Source of the DNA: Torpedo marmorata
Taxonomy: Eukaryota
Direction of reading: 5' to 3'
Length of the DNA: 64,000 bases
Assembly: GCA_977017645.1 (NCBI GenBank)
Contig: OZ360239.1
Location: 34,782,001 to 34,846,000, forward strand
Made by a program: the position numbers and the translations under genes. Shown here one piece after another: positions 1-14,149 of the stretch (position 1 is its first letter; every line of letters starts with the position of its first letter). A model generated the notes under the pieces. That model searched no databases and had not been told where the DNA came from. It saw only the letters and a program-made list of their open reading frames with translations.

Positions 1-320
1 TTCAGAGATAATGACCCTTTTCGTCCTATCTCATTGTCTAACTGAGTCCAGATTTCCAATAAATGTTTAATAATCGGTGATTTTTTCTTTTTAACTAATA
101 ATAATTTAGAATTCCATTTATAAATAATATCTTCTTTATATCTTTCCCCTATATTATTCAATTCTATATTAATCCAAGCAGTAGATTTAGTTAAATCAAA
201 AAATTCATTAATAAACTTTAATTGAGCTGCCTTATAATAATATTGAAAATTGGGGAGTTGTAATCCACCCATCTCGTATTCCCAAGTTAATTTATCCATA
301 CTTACTCTTGCTAATTTAGC
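1..320 (-). mobile_element. L1-clade LINE ORF2 fragment (post-RT region)
   Basis: Minus strand reads MDKLTWEYEMGGLQLPNFQYYYKAAQL, the GGLxLPxxxxYYxA motif of L1/Tx1 ORF2. Confidence 0.8.
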
Positions 321-374
321 AAAAATAGACATTGATCTTATTTTTCATCAGAGCCTTACAAAAATATAATGAGA

Positions 375-472
375 TACATATGGAGTTGGTAGGTTAATTA
401 GTCACATAGGTGTATTTGGATAGCACGGGCTCGTGGGCCGGAAGGGCCTGTTACTCTGCTGCATCTCTAATA
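375..472 (+). mobile_element. 3' half of an HE1/V-type SINE
   Basis: ggttaattagtcacat...gggccggaagggcctgttactctgctgcatctctaa closely resembles the 3' part of the SINE at 13903-14148. Confidence 0.7.
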
Positions 473-3400
473 TAAAACTGATTAACTAAGCCAACTTGAT
501 GAAATGAAAGCTGTACACTGAGTAACATTGCAAAATATGTACAGAGTGGTTCCACTTTTATTTTAGTACAATTATCTTCACCTCATAAGTTTTTTGTTAT
601 TACCAGGTGCTTTTTTAAAACTACATGACACAACTGAATTACGTAATATCAGCAAGCTTGCAAAACAATAAAGGAAATTATTTCCTTTTAAAACAGAGTT
701 AATCAATACTAAAACAATGTGCAATTGCTATTAATTAATTGAATGCACTGTCAGGTATGATTTGAGGCACCTCTTGCTCAGTCACACAGTTCCCTGCGCG
801 ACTCTCTTGCCGAACCTCATGAAACGATCCTGCAACCCCGGAAATGTACAACAGAATATCTATTTGTAGGCAGTTATGATACTGAACTTAACGGTCTGTT
901 GGTTGTGTTATCAGTGCGCAGGAGTTTGAAGGTGAAATTTATTGGACTTATTTACCATATCCAGTTTTATATTAATGAAAAGGACATGCTCTTAAACTGG
1001 TGTGTTTAAAGTCACTATCCAGTTACTTGCCTGTGCATAACACAGCTCGTTTCTCATCCAGAGTTCGAAGTCCAATAAAAAGAAAGAAAATGTTTTGCTT
1101 GTGCAGCTCAATCAAAGCAAATTGTGGAGAAACTGAGCAGAATTAAGAAAGGGCAGAGAGATAAATGAAAGTAACATGTGGGCTGAAACCCTGTGGGACA
1201 ATTTCAAAATATCAACACAACTGCAGTCAGACTGGAATGACAGATAAGGGACTCTTGGCTAAATAAGAGAGAAAGAACAACTTGAAGTCCAAACACATGT
1301 GATGTCTTAAGAATTTAGCGATTAGGTTACTGTACATACAGTATATGTGCTATTTGTTTTAATCCTGTACCTGTCATTTCTCATAGAAACTCAGAATCTG
1401 AGACTTTGTCCCTTTCGATTCAGTGGAACATTGAACACCCATAATCCACGTTACAAGTTGACTTTGCTGTGTTTTTCCCTCTATCCCTTCATAATCTAAT
1501 ATTTGGCTGTATCACTTTAGAGGTGATGAAAGTCTTGCACATCACAAACTTAAGCCTTAAAGCCATGGTTGACTTTTAGACTATCTCATCATTGCAACTT
1601 ATTATTTTAACAATACCACCTACTTGATTGTATTTTTTTTTCCAATCAAGACATAGGAAGAGGATTTAGCCACTAGGCATGTTGAAACTTTCACTACTTG
1701 GGAAGATGATGGCCTGATTCCAGTCATCCACCATTGCCCCATACCTTGGATTAATAAAATACCCTGTATGCAGAGGAGAATTCCAAACTTCTACTTCTTA
1801 TTGCACAAGCGTTTCCTAACCCAGTCCATAAAGTAATTTTTAGCTTCTTTGTCCTCAGCTCCAGCACCAGTTAAAAATAGTTTCTTTCCCTGGAACTCTC
1901 TGTTAACCCATATCAGGTCATTGCAGCATTAGAGCCTAAACACATGAAAAAGAGAAGTCATGGTGGATCATACATTCCTTGGACAATGGCTCATCTTATG
2001 TCTCAAATTCACTTCTCCAAATCCTCTGATTTTATTTAATGACCAGACAGTAAATCAGTATCTTGGGTATACCCAAATGACTGATTGGTCAGCCCAGAAA
2101 GTATTTGATTGAATCTGCTCTACATTGGCTCTGAGGCAAACATAATTTCCTGAACACTGGATCTGCATACACTACTCCAAATGAGGTCTTGCCAAAGCCC
2201 CATACAATCTTTGCAAGGTTTCATTATTTTTGTACTTAACCATTTTATAATGAAATTCATTTTAATACTCTTTTTAATTGTGTGGTGCCTCTGCATGGAT
2301 ACTTTCTACATCTAATGAACTTTATACATGTCATACCAACATACCTTTAAGCACCATCATTTGGTAGTTTTACAAAATCTGAAAACATCTGCGGTTTTCC
2401 TATCCTTCCTTCAAAAGCAAATCATTTCCTCTTCTTGCGCCCTGTATTCCATCTGTCACCTTCTTGCCCTCTTGTGTAATTAGTCTAAATCTCTTTGCAG
2501 GCACTTCATGATTTCCTTCTGATCTACTTGCATCTAAATTTTAATTATGTATGAATCCTTGACCATCGAAGAATTTATTGGAAACTATGACCTATCATTA
2601 GATAGTTAAGAAAATCATACAAACATGCTGCTGAATTTTTAATATGCAATCTATCATAACAATTCAAAATCCTAAAATTATTGCTACCATACACATTTCC
2701 ATACTATAGCTGAATTCATTCCCATTTGAGATGATTTGTAATGCAGAATAATATACATCACAACTTTTAAAAGGCAGCATCAGGAAATTAGGTTCATTGC
2801 TTCAGAGAGATTATGCATCTATCAAAGAGAATGTTTTTAATTTGTATTTATATCTCTTCCTTCTCTCCTACTCTTCCAAGATAAAGATAATTATGCCCAT
2901 TATATATTTTAAAAAGACGTTACAAACCATTGCAAGATTACTAGAATTTCTATCAGTGTTTCACAGTAACAAATACATATTACTGAGTGTTATACTACAC
3001 TATTTGCTCTGCACTACTTTTCAACTTTCATCACTTTTAGTTCTGTGATTACCAATCGTTGATTTTTATATCACGTGCTATTTTGTTATTTTACTCTGAG
3101 TAACTCTCTTTCAGCTGCATTATATTCTGTCTCTCATATTGCTGTTCTTGTCAAGTTCTATTCTTATCAATCCAATTGCATTTGGAGATTTTTTTTTGTT
3201 TCTTCCTCTGATCTCTTACCTCTGGAGACCACTAGAGGAAAAGAAACCTTGCGCAGATCGTATGGGCTGAAGCAAGACCTCATTTGGAATAGTGTATGCA
3301 GATTCACTTTTCAGTCACCCATCCAGTTGCCCAGATGTTTACATCCTTTTGTTTAAACCTCTCCACCCACTGTAACCTCCTACAGTTCTACCTACACTCT

Positions 3401-3845
3401 CTTTAATCTTTCTACTCTGCTGATTCACCCACAGTTAGCTGATTATTCTAGAACTCTCTCCACCTTTGACTGACTGATTTGTCCATTTATGACACTGGTA
3501 GATCTAGAATCACATATGGAATTTGAGTGAGCCACATATTTTAAAACAATCCAGTTATAACTAGCAGCTGGCTTTGTTTTTATTCCAGATGTTTAGCTCT
3601 GCCATGATGAGATTTGACACAGGTTTCTGAATTGTAACTGATCTACTGCCCAATTACCACAACCTTCTGCTCCTCTGAAGCCTTACTTAAAGCCAACTCT
3701 TATGGTAACCTGTCTCCCTATTTCTAACTTTGGTACAGAGTCCACTTACACTGTTTGCACCTGTTTAGGTCTGTTTGACTATTTTATTCATTAAAGAAAA
3801 TCTACACACAAAATGCAAGTCACTGCGATACTGGGATGTTGTTGT

Positions 3846-4080
3846 AAAAACACAATGCTGGAGAAACTCAGCAAGTCAACAGTGTACTTTATGTAGCAAC
3901 GGTAAAGGTACATAACCAACATTTTTGCTCATACCTTGATGAAGGGCTCAAGCCCGAAATGTTGGTTATGTATCTTTACCTTTGCTACATGAAGTACACT
4001 GTTTGACCTGCTGAGCTTCTCCAGCATTGAGTTTTTACTTCAATCATGGTGTCTGCAGACTTTCGTGTTTTACTCTTGTT
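3846..4080 (+). mobile_element. Fold-back Penelope-like pLTR derivative
   Basis: ~80-bp inverted arms (aaaaacacaatgctggagaaactcagc... / ...gctgagcttctccagcattgagttttt) around ttgatgaagggctcaagcccgaaatgtt; flanked by atgttgttgt / atgttgtggt, a probable TSD. Confidence 0.75.
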
Positions 4081-4094
4081 ATGTTGTGGTATAG

Positions 4095-4265
4095 TCAGAT
4101 TTCAGATTTCAGATTTATTGTCAGAGTACATATATGATATCACATACAACTCTGAGATTCTTTTTCTGTGGGCGAGGCAGAATTACTACTTATTGGTAGT
4201 GCAAAAAATAACTGTACACAGCGTATACATGTAAACAATTAAAGAACTGTAAACATATAACGAAT
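4095..4265 (-). mobile_element. Rex1/Babar-type LINE 3' end
   Basis: (cagattt)n tail plus tttatt; nearly the same as 25252-25420, which is attached to a Rex1-like ORF. Confidence 0.75.
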
Positions 4266-4439
4266 GGGCAATAAATGTTCTCCTTACCAGTGCATCCTGC
4301 ATTCAGAAAAATGTATAAATTAACAAAAAGGATGATCATAATTTTTCTAGTTTCTGTAGCCTATACCTTAGTTTTAAAGACAAGAATATCTGCGATTTTA
4401 ACAACTTGTTAGCATCTTCAATGACTTCTGTGCTTAAAT

Positions 4440-4540
4440 AGACACAAAGAAAGAAACATAGATACAGACTGACAAAGAGAGAGAAAGACACAGTGAGAGA
4501 GAGAGGGGGAGAAAGTGTAAGAGAAAAAGAGAGAGAGGGT
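4440..4540. repeat. GA/GACA-rich simple repeat
   Basis: Imperfect (GA)n purine tract. Confidence 0.85.
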
Positions 4541-4854
4541 AATTCCTTATTTCCAACCTCAAACTCAACTGGAGTTTGCACTGTTATCTGCCTTTTGTCT
4601 CTTTTAACTGGCATCCAAGGTAACCTTTTAAACCTCAGCAGTTACAAAGAACATAGCCCTTGGCATAGTAGGCACAAGAGACTGCAGATGCTGCAATCCA
4701 GCTATCTTCACTCTCTCCTCTCAGTGCTGATGTAGGGTCTCAACTCAAATCAGCGACAATTCCTTCCCCCAGTTCTCCCACCCGCACAAATGCTGCTCGA
4801 CCCGTTGAGTTTCCTTCAATAAGTTTGTTTTTTGGCTCCATTGTTCTTGGCATT

Positions 4855-5265
4855 ATGAATCAGAATCAGAATTTATTGTCATGAACAAATCACGAAATTC
4901 GTTGTTTTGCGGCAGCATCACAGTGAAAACATTCATATAAACCACCTTACAAAAAATAAAAAAAAGTAAGGCCGTGTCTTTGCTTCATTGATCATTCAGG
5001 AATCTGATGGCAGCGGGGTAGAAGCTGTCCTTGTGCCGCTGAGTGCTCGTCTTTAGGCTCCTGTACCTTTTTTCCAAGGGTAGCAGAGTGAAGAGGGCAT
5101 GGCCTGGGTGGTGGGGGTCCTTGAGGATAGAGGCTGCTTTCTTAAGACACCACCTCCTGTAGATGTTCTCGATGGAGTGAAGTCTGGTGCCTGTGATGTC
5201 GCAGGCCGAGTTAACAGCCCTCTGGAGTTTTTTCTTGTCCTAAGCGTTGGCAACTCCGTACCAGG
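4855..5265 (-). mobile_element. Rex1/Babar-type LINE 3' fragment
   Basis: (cagaat)n tail; similar to a second copy at 60817-61230; coding remnant matches the Rex1-like C-terminus. Confidence 0.75.
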
Positions 5266-6925
5266 TTGCACATGTCACTTACAATATAACACAACAGTTC
5301 ATTTGAGAGTTGTCCAAATATATCTAGTGAGTACAAGAATCTTGAGTTGAGCCTAGGTCCAAGATTCCAATTGTATTAGGTCATTAAGCAAGGTAGTTTT
5401 CTTTTGTTTTTTTAAATCTATTTGGAAATGCACATGTTGTACATCATTTTGTATGTAGTTGCTGTAGCAATCATGTTTTGGAGCCAAGTTATAAAACTAC
5501 AGTAATACGTGCAATTAACAGCATGTATCTACCTGTTTTAATTGGAGATAAATGTAACACAAAAACATTAATAAAATATAATTCATAATGAATTCTTGTC
5601 AGGTGAATTCTCCTGGATACTGGATGGCTATAATTGAATGAAGAATTAAGAAGCAAACAACATTGCGCAACGTTGCAATGGAGGACCTCTTTGTGTTACT
5701 GTTGTACTGTGAAGTGACTGGACACTACATCCTCTGATTTTTCACATTAAGTTACAATCCTTGATGGAATCATGACATAAATGGGCTAAGTTAAGGTTGT
5801 ACTTTCTACAGAGAAGATCCTTTATTACAATACCTTGTGGAAAACAACAAAGACCTAATGGGTTCATCTAGTCAACTATCCTACTTGACACCTGTTGGTT
5901 GTGGAATGTTTTGTCAAACAGGGAGAGAAATTGGAGATAATGTGTCTGAATTCAAAAACCATTACTTTTCCAAACAAAATGCAGAAAATTGTAATGAATC
6001 CTATATCATACAAAAAATATGAATAATTGAAAATAAACTATGAGTCTGTAATGTTGCAACACTTGAGGGTGAACCCTAATTGGTTTATAAAAGGTTGTGA
6101 TTGAGTAGACAACATTTCAGTCTTCAGCACACTGACTAACAGGTTTATTTTTAAATTACTATGTAATCATGCATGAAAATGGGTCTCTTATGTTATGGAC
6201 ATGAGGATTTTACTGTACAGCATCAGCACTTGTTGCATTTACGTGATTTAGTACACCAGTGTAGTCTATTAACTTGCTGCAACACACAGCCATTCTTAGG
6301 AGAACAATATTTTTCAATATTTTAAAAACCTACATTTGCATTATAGTATCTTGATAACCTAGTACAAGAACTATTGCATTTTATTATTAAAAACATTTTT
6401 TTCCTTAAAAATTCACGATCTATTTTATCCCAATAAATCGATCTATTAAAACACACACAGATTGTTCTGTGGGTGCATACAGGATGAGGCACAGCACTAC
6501 ACCAGCAGGGGGTGCTGAACAACACCACATTGAATGCCCTGCTATAGTTCCTGTCACATCTTCAAAGGAAAGTTAGCTTCAGCATTTTCATAATGGCACC
6601 TGCTTTTAATCCTCCAAAATACACACCCATAAAAATGTCTCAAATTTTGTGGAAGTGATGGCACTAGAATTATTGTTGTTTGGCATCATTACTCTAAGAA
6701 ATTGACAGCAACTTTCAAGGTTTCCAAGCATGGGTAGAAATTTCAAAGTTGCTCTCAGTGACCTGCCATTCTTTCACAGGCTGTGTGCTCTTCATCCATC
6801 TGTAAGGGAAGCAATACTTTTATGAGTGTAAATTTAGGCTACTTATCAAATAGATCCAGTGTAAAATACCATGAAAGGTTTCTGTTGCGACTATTTTCCT
6901 TTATAGTCGCTTGCAGGAATTAGAA

Positions 6926-7273
6926 TGTTGTTGTTGTCTATGACTCGTTCAGACAAATCCGTACTAAAGTTGAGTTGAGTTTTCCACAGTTTATATCAGT
7001 TACTACATTATTACAAGCCATTAAAAAAACTTGGTTATACAGTACTAAAACAGTGATTAAACAATTAAACGGTTAATAAAAGTTGTCAGGACAAAACTAA
7101 TTCCTTCCATTTCGTAGAACAAAGAAAATCAAAACTGAACGCTTATTTCAAACACGCAGAGAAAAACTAGCTATAACCTTGAAGAAAGATGTTATTAGGA
7201 GACAGCATGAAATATGTCAACATCTACTGGCTGCTTGCAGAATTTGCTTGCAACTTGCATTTTAACCCTTACA
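6926..7273 (-). repeat. 3' LTR of the BEL/Pao element (~348 bp)
   Basis: On the minus strand a PPT-like ggggccggtat precedes TGTAAGGG at 7273; candidate end ...ACAACA at 6926. Confidence 0.65.
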
Positions 7274-10200
7274 ATACCGGCCCCTAATTATTATTATTAT
7301 TTTTTAAAATTACCATTACAAAGAAAAAATAAAACATAGTACATAGAAGTGTATATATATCAGTTAAATTTCAAAAGAAAGTGAAAGTCAATTATCAAAG
7401 CTTTCTGCCTCTTGTAAAAGATAGATTTTGGTAATTGGTCTGTTCAGAAAATCAGTTTTAGTCTTGATCTGAACTTGATGTACAAGTCCTCTTTTGTCCT
7501 GGATGGTATCAACAATCTTCCCCATCAACCAGGAATTTTGAGGCGCTGAATGGTCTATGATGATCACGACATCCCCTGCCGTGAAATTGCGTCTGATCTT
7601 AAACCATTTATGTTGCTCCTGCAACAGAATATCTTCCACTGTTGCCTTTTTTCAAACTATTCCTGGATGAGAAGTAATGGATTAAGCAGGTAACTGTATC
7701 CTTTTGTTCAGACATTATCTGAACAGCATTTGCAGTCTTATTCTTGATTTCAGGGTCTTCTGGTAAAATTTATTTTAATTTATCAGAATTTTAAGGCCAC
7801 TCCTTTTGAGGCTGTAGAAGAAATTGAGGCCCTGACACCCACATTTCATTCTTCAAAAAAGACTTGACTTTCAAACCTCGGGAAGCCAGATCAGCAGGAC
7901 TGTTAACTGCGTTAACATATCTCCACTGTATTGGACATGAGATTTTATCAATTTCAGTGATTCTGTTAGCCACGAAAGTTCAAAACCTTGTGGTTTTATT
8001 GTTGATGTATTTGAGCACAGAGGTGCTATCAGTCCAAAATATAGAGTCTGTTAGTTTCATCTGCAACTCTCTTTTCAACATTGTGTCCATTCTGCTCGCC
8101 ATGGTAGCAGCCGTCAACTCCATTCGTGGGATAGTGACTGGTTTCAATGGAGCCACTCTGGCCTTTCCCATTGCAAATCCACAATGTACTTGATCCTTGT
8201 TATTATGCAGTAACAGGCAACTATCAGTTCCGTAACCATCTTCACATGCATCAGCAAAATGATGCAATTGAGCAGATGTTACAGTTCTGAAATTTGTGGG
8301 TTTGAAGCATCTGTTAATCTTGAAGTCTTCCAGCTTACAAAGATCCTGAATCCAACACATCCATTTCTGTACAATGGATTCTGGTATCTTATCATCCCAA
8401 CCAATCCTCTTCCTACACAAAGCTTGCAGGATCTTCTTGGCAGTCAGGACAATTGGTGCCAATATTCCTAGAGGGTCATATATCGAACTGTCTGTTGATA
8501 GAATCCCCCTTCTTGTGAGAGGTCGGTCCTTCAAAATGATTTTGAACTTAAAGACGTCACACTGAACACACCATTGTACACCTAACACCCTCTCAACAGG
8601 AAGGTTGTCATGGTCTAAGTCCAAATTCTTAATTTCTTTTGCCCTCTCTCTTTCAGGTATGGCAGCCAATATCTGGCGACTGTTACTTGTCCATTTGGTA
8701 AGTAGAAAGCCTCCTTTGTTGCAGATCGCTCTTAACTCATGATAAAGAGCTATTTCTTCTTCTACTGTAGCTGCAGAAGTGAGACAGTCATCCACATAGA
8801 AGTTATTCCTGATGGTGCTTATAGCTTGAGAGCTAAATTGTTCCATATTGTCCTCAGCACACTTCCTAAGGGCAAAATTCGCACAACTTGGTGATGAAGT
8901 TGCTCCAAATAGATGCCCTGTCATTCTGTATTCTACCATGTTCTGACTGTAATCTTCATCAGGTCACCAAAAGAATTGTAACAAGTCACGGTCTTCATTC
9001 GGTACTTTCACCTTATGGAACATTGCTTCAATGTCTGCAGTAATGACGACAGGTTCTTTACGGAATCTAGTTAAGACTCCTATCAACGTACTGGTCAAAT
9101 CAGGACCCCATAAGAGTTGAGAATTTAGTAAAACTCCCCTAAAGTTTGCTCCACAATCAAACACCACACAAAGTTTTTTCTTCTGTGGATGCAAAACTCC
9201 ATGGTGTGGTAAGTATCATTTTTTGCCATCACCACGTCCCAAGATATCATCTGGTACTTTCTCTGCATATCCTTTGGATATCATATCAGACACGCATTTG
9301 TTGTAGTCTGAATGAAAGGAAGAATCTTTCTTGAATCTTCTCTTTAAATTCAGTGTACGTTGTTCGATAATGCTTCAATTATCAGGCATGCATATTTCCC
9401 TTTTCTTCAAAGGTAATCCAATGCAATAATAACCATTAACCAGCTCCTCAGAATTTGACACCGATTCCAAGCACTGTTGGTATTCCTTTGAAGGTTCTTG
9501 GTCGTTCCTGATGCACTCAGAAAAGTCATTCTTGAACTGCTGCTCCCACAGCTTATCAAGTTTAACGATCGATATCTTGTTCACATAGTCGATTGATTTT
9601 GAACCTCTTTTCTTTCTCCTAATAGTCCATTAATTGTCCAACCAAGCATAGTTTTGACCTCATACTCTTTATCATATCTAGTGGTTCTAGAGCTTTTGGT
9701 ACATCTGACTAATCAGCAACTCAATCTCAGAGTTGATTTTGCGTAAACAAACATTTTTCAAATGCGTCCACGGTTCAATGTCATTTTGATGTGGGATGTT
9801 TTCTTTATGCACAGGCATAGTCTTCTGAGTGTATACGCCTGGGAGTTCACAAAAATCATTATTATCCAGTACAGCGATCTCTAGGCCCGAAACAACGTTG
9901 GTTTCAATGTGTTAAACTTGACCTATCATTCTCAATAGAATTTTTGTACTTCTTCCTTGAAGATTAAGCTTATTCATTAGCCCCACGGTGCAAAATGACG
10001 CAGTGCTTCCTTGGTCAAGAAATGCATAAGTATGCACTATTGCACTTCCTTTTTTGGCCTTGACTTGCACAGGCATTATTAAAAGTTTGCAGTTGTTCTC
10101 TCTGGCCCCAGTAAGACCATTTGTCAATTCTGAGGCTTCTGCATTGTTTTCTTCTGCTTCTTTTTTTGTCGTTTGTTCCTTTTCTGTTTTCTTCTTTTCC

Positions 10201-11775
10201 TGGAAGATAAGCAACATTTTCGGATGCTTTTGACTACATATGTCGCAGCTGAGTCACTTTTTGCAGTTTTTGCTAATATGTCCTTGACACAGACAGCCAA
10301 AACATACTCCATTTTCCTTCAAAAAAGTGATTTTCTCACTATGCGTCTTCTTTTCCAACTGTGCACACTTTTCCAAAGTATGCTTATCATTACAGAACAA
10401 ACATTTCTTCTCAACAGGCAAACTTTCAGTTTCCTTAATTTCTGCCACTGCCAGTGAGGTGGCAAATGTACTTTTTTTAAATTTTGGTTGAGGGTATGAT
10501 TTGGACCTCTCAACTTCTTTACTGTACTTACTGTTTGAGTGCCTTTGATATTTCCGTACACTGGATCTGTGACAATGTCCACTTGCCTTTCAATGAACTC
10601 CACCAAATCCTCAAAAGTAGCTGTCACATGGTTTCTTTTCTGGTATTCAACAACTGAACTTCTCCATAGTTCTTTCATCCGGTAGGATAATTTATCTATA
10701 ATGATTAGCATACATATGTCAAGCTCTCGTAGATGGCCAATCTCCGTCATGATGTTGCAACATCCTCTAAGAAAGAGGGCGTAAACTTGTAAACCCTTCG
10801 TGTCATCCGGTCTTATTGACGACCATAAAAGAGCCTTCTGTACATAAGCTGTAGAAATGTTATGCTTGTTGCCAAAATGCTTCTTTAGTAAAAACTTAGC
10901 CTTTTGGTACCCTTCATTCGGAGCCATATGCCGGCAACTCTTTACAAGATCTTGTGATTGTCCACTCGTGAACTGTTCCAAATAATATATACAATCCTCC
11001 GAGTTTTGGCTCTTAAGTTCAATACTGCGTTCAAAGTTTTTCATAAATGCTTGGAATTGAAGTGGGTCACCATCAAAAACTGGAATCATTCTCTTGGGCA
11101 GAGAAGAGAGAGTCTGTAACTGAATTAACGATGCAGCCAATTCACCTTGCCTTCTCATGCCTGGGAGATACGGTAGTTACTTTGTTCACCCGGATTTCTA
11201 TTACCTGCCGGGAGCGGGTGGTATTCTGTTTCGTAAGATGGCATTAGGCTCACATCTCTGTCCAATGGGGTCATTATTGGGGTTTGAGATCTGGCACTAC
11301 CGTGCCTTCACCTGTTTAGTTCGGGACCATGCATGTCTCGTAACCGTGGCACTGGCTCAGCCTTGGTATTAAATATCTTCTTTTTCTGTTGTCCTTCCTC
11401 AAAACGTGACTCCAAAATGTCAAACGCTTTAGATAATTTACTTCGAGCACCAGATACCTCTGAGCCTTCTAGTGCCTTCGACACTGACTGATTAACAGCA
11501 ATTTCTGTGTCTAGATCCAGCAGCTCCTTTTTCCTCCTTAACTGCTCCTCCCGCTCTTCAAAGGCTTATCTATCTTGAAGCAATTGCTGCTTCCTTTGCA
11601 TCTTTAACTGCTCCTTTTGCCTCTTTAACTGCCTCTCCTGCTATTCTAAGTCAAATTTATTTTGAAGCAATTCTTTTTTTGCTTCAAGAGCTGCCATCTC
11701 AGCCTGAATCTTTACACGTGTAGATGCAGTACTTGAAGCACTGGAGCTTGTTCTAGAACTCCTCTTGCTTCTGAC
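6926..11775 (-). mobile_element. Decayed BEL/Pao LTR retrotransposon (gag-PR-RT-RH, integrase mostly deleted, 3' LTR only)
   Basis: Gag FDGDPLQFQAF (10319-11158); Zn knuckles CLFCNDKHTLEKC and CFGCLCQGHISKNC; protease AFLDQGSTASF; RT VVFDCGA...ADIEAMF...FGATSSP...NFYVDD; Pao RNase H LHHFADA, PRMELTAA, FWTDS, SPADLASRG; C-terminal WLMGKIV...RPITKI. Many stops and frameshifts. Confidence 0.93.
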
Positions 11776-12015
11776 ATATCACAAAATTATCCCTGCATAT
11801 TTTCACTCGATGTCAGACCCTTTTATTGACTGCGTTGCTAATACGTTCAAACCTTTGGAGTTCTGCAACTGTCAGTGACTTGATCTGCTAGGCTGGATGT
11901 GATAGGGGTAAGCTTTGATTGGTGGTCTTCAAAATCCTAACATCCTTCAATATTTATCCATTGGCTCATTTCTATTGGCAATAAATTTATATCGCAGTGA
12001 AATATTCACATAAGA

Positions 12016-12365
12016 CAGTGGTTTTCAAACTTTTTCTTTCCACTCACATACCACCTTAAGTAATCCCAATGCCATAGGTGCTCTGTGATTAGTAAGGGAT
12101 TACTTAAGGTGGTATATGAGTGGGGAAAAAAGGTTGAGAACCACTGCTCTAGACCCAATTTTTACTGAAATATTTTGCTTGAGAAAAATTGTCATTGGCC
12201 CATTTCCTTTGGAGTTATGAAACCGTGCACATAACGAGTCAATTAGGTACGATTAAAACAGTGGTTTTCAAACTTTTTCTTTCCACTCACATACCACCTT
12301 AAGTAATCCCTTACTAATCACTTAAGGTGGAATATGAGTTTTTAAAAAAAGGTTGCCCACCCCTG
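12016..12365. mobile_element. Composite hAT-Charlie-like MITE with two palindromic units
   Basis: TIRs cagtggttttcaaac / gttgagaaccactg (12016-12146) followed by ctctagac; second unit 12259-12365 ends gttgcccacccctg then ttctacac. NTCTAGAN is the Charlie-type target. Confidence 0.75.
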
Positions 12366-13902
12366 TTCTACACAGTGTCAATAAAGGGTGCTGACCCAAA
12401 ATGTTGACTGACCATTTCTACCCATGGATGCTGCCTGACCTGTTGAGTTCCTCCAGCTTCTCATTTTTTGCTGGAGGCATTTACATCACCCCTGTAGTTA
12501 ATTGGATAGATCTCAATTCTCCATAGCAGTTGATATTTTCAGTCACCCTAGCAGTGTTAAATATGTAGCATTTAGGATACCCAAATAAATACTAGCTATT
12601 GGATAGCTTATAACAAAATGTTCTCAGATACTTGGCTGCTATTGGACTTGGGAAAAATATAGTAGGCTGTCTGTTAATGCACAGCCAATTCCTCCCCTGG
12701 GCCACACACACTGAGAGCCTCAGCATTTCAAATAACAGTGGTAGTTACAACTTTCACCATTCCCTTCATCCTGCTCTGAGAACATTCAAACAATTTCTGC
12801 GTCAATGTAAACACAAATGCCTCGAAATTTGTCCTTGGAGCGGTTGTATTAGATTTGTAACTTAGTGTTTAATCTTTAACTTGTTAATCATTATAGGTTA
12901 TACCTTGGATGTCATTTGGGACTCTTGGTGAGACTACAGAGCAAACTGAAGATTTTTTTAAGTTGTCTGAAAGTTTGCATTTAGTGTACCATTCATGATG
13001 ATTTATTGAAGGTATTAACAATTTTGTAATCAAAAACATCAAAATAATTACTAAAGGTTCTATAAACTCAGTTCAGTGCAGGACAATGCAACTGACTAAT
13101 GACTGGTGAAATTAAGGGATTTCATGATCGTGTGCCATAGAGTTTACCACAAATATAAACAAGTCCTTGGAATGTTTTCTCCACAAGTCTTTTAAGATAC
13201 ATTGAAAATCTGGACTTCCATTTCATGTTGGCAGTGCTATGATTGTTCTGCTGTTTTGAGCTATTTTTAGTGAATCTCTTCATACAGTTAGATGCAGGAG
13301 ATTCCTCAGTCTTCTAATGATGGACTGTGAGAAGTGAAGTGGAAATGGATTCAACTGCAAGCCTTTTTGTTCCATTCCATTTCTCATCCATATGCAGTTA
13401 CTATTAATGTCAATGTACAGTCGTGTGGATTTATTTATAACTGATGAATTTGGATACCATATAATATTTCTGCAGCTTTCTTAAGCAAATGGGTTTTACT
13501 TCCCATTGATTTTGTAAGCATTTTAAAAACATCATGTGACATAGGGCCTGGACAGAAACAAAGAATATGTATTTGTTCACATGGATGTGATGAGGTTCCA
13601 AGCTGATGATATCCAGGGAAGAACCCAGTAAAAACTATGTTTTTTCTAAATGAAAGAAAAAATCAGGCATCAATCAAAATTATAATTGTCTGATTACAGT
13701 CCAGCCACTGGGAAGGCCTTGAAGCAGATCAGCTGCCTTTCTCCTTTTGCAAATAGTCACCAAGAAGTGGAGTGACACAGTGGGTTAGGTCAATGTGTGA
13801 CTCCAGCTCAGAGTGTGGATCTTCCCTTGACCTCTTCCTATTTCTCTACATTCTTCCTCTTGCTGAAAAGATAGTGCCATTTTCCACTCGAACTGACAAC
13901 AT

Positions 13903-14148
13903 GGGTGGCACAGTTAGTCTAGTGGGTAGCACATGCTTTTAAAGTGGCAGCATCCTGGGTTTGAATCCGGCGCTGCCTGTAGGGGGATTGTATGTTCTCC
14001 CCATATCCATGCAAGTTTCCTCAGGTGCTCCAGTTTCCTCCCACATTCGAAAGATGTGTAGGGTTAGTGGGTTAATTGGTCACATGAGTGTAATTGAGCA
14101 TCACAGCTGGTGGGCCAGAAGGGCTCGTTACTGTGCTGTATCTCTAAA
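13903..14148 (+). mobile_element. tRNA-derived HE1/V-type SINE
   Basis: A-box-like tggcacagt, B-box gggtttgaatcc, V-domain-like tgtatgttctcccc...gtttcctcaggtgctccagtttcctcccaca, CR1-like 3' end. Confidence 0.85.
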
Positions 14149-14149
14149 C

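Noticed and set aside
12016-12365. Repeat-spacer-repeat pattern suggesting CRISPR
   Set aside because: Only two long palindromic units with hAT-like ends in a vertebrate context; no regular spacers or cas genes.
13903-13975. tRNA-like A/B boxes
   Set aside because: SINE head; no complete cloverleaf, and followed by SINE body.
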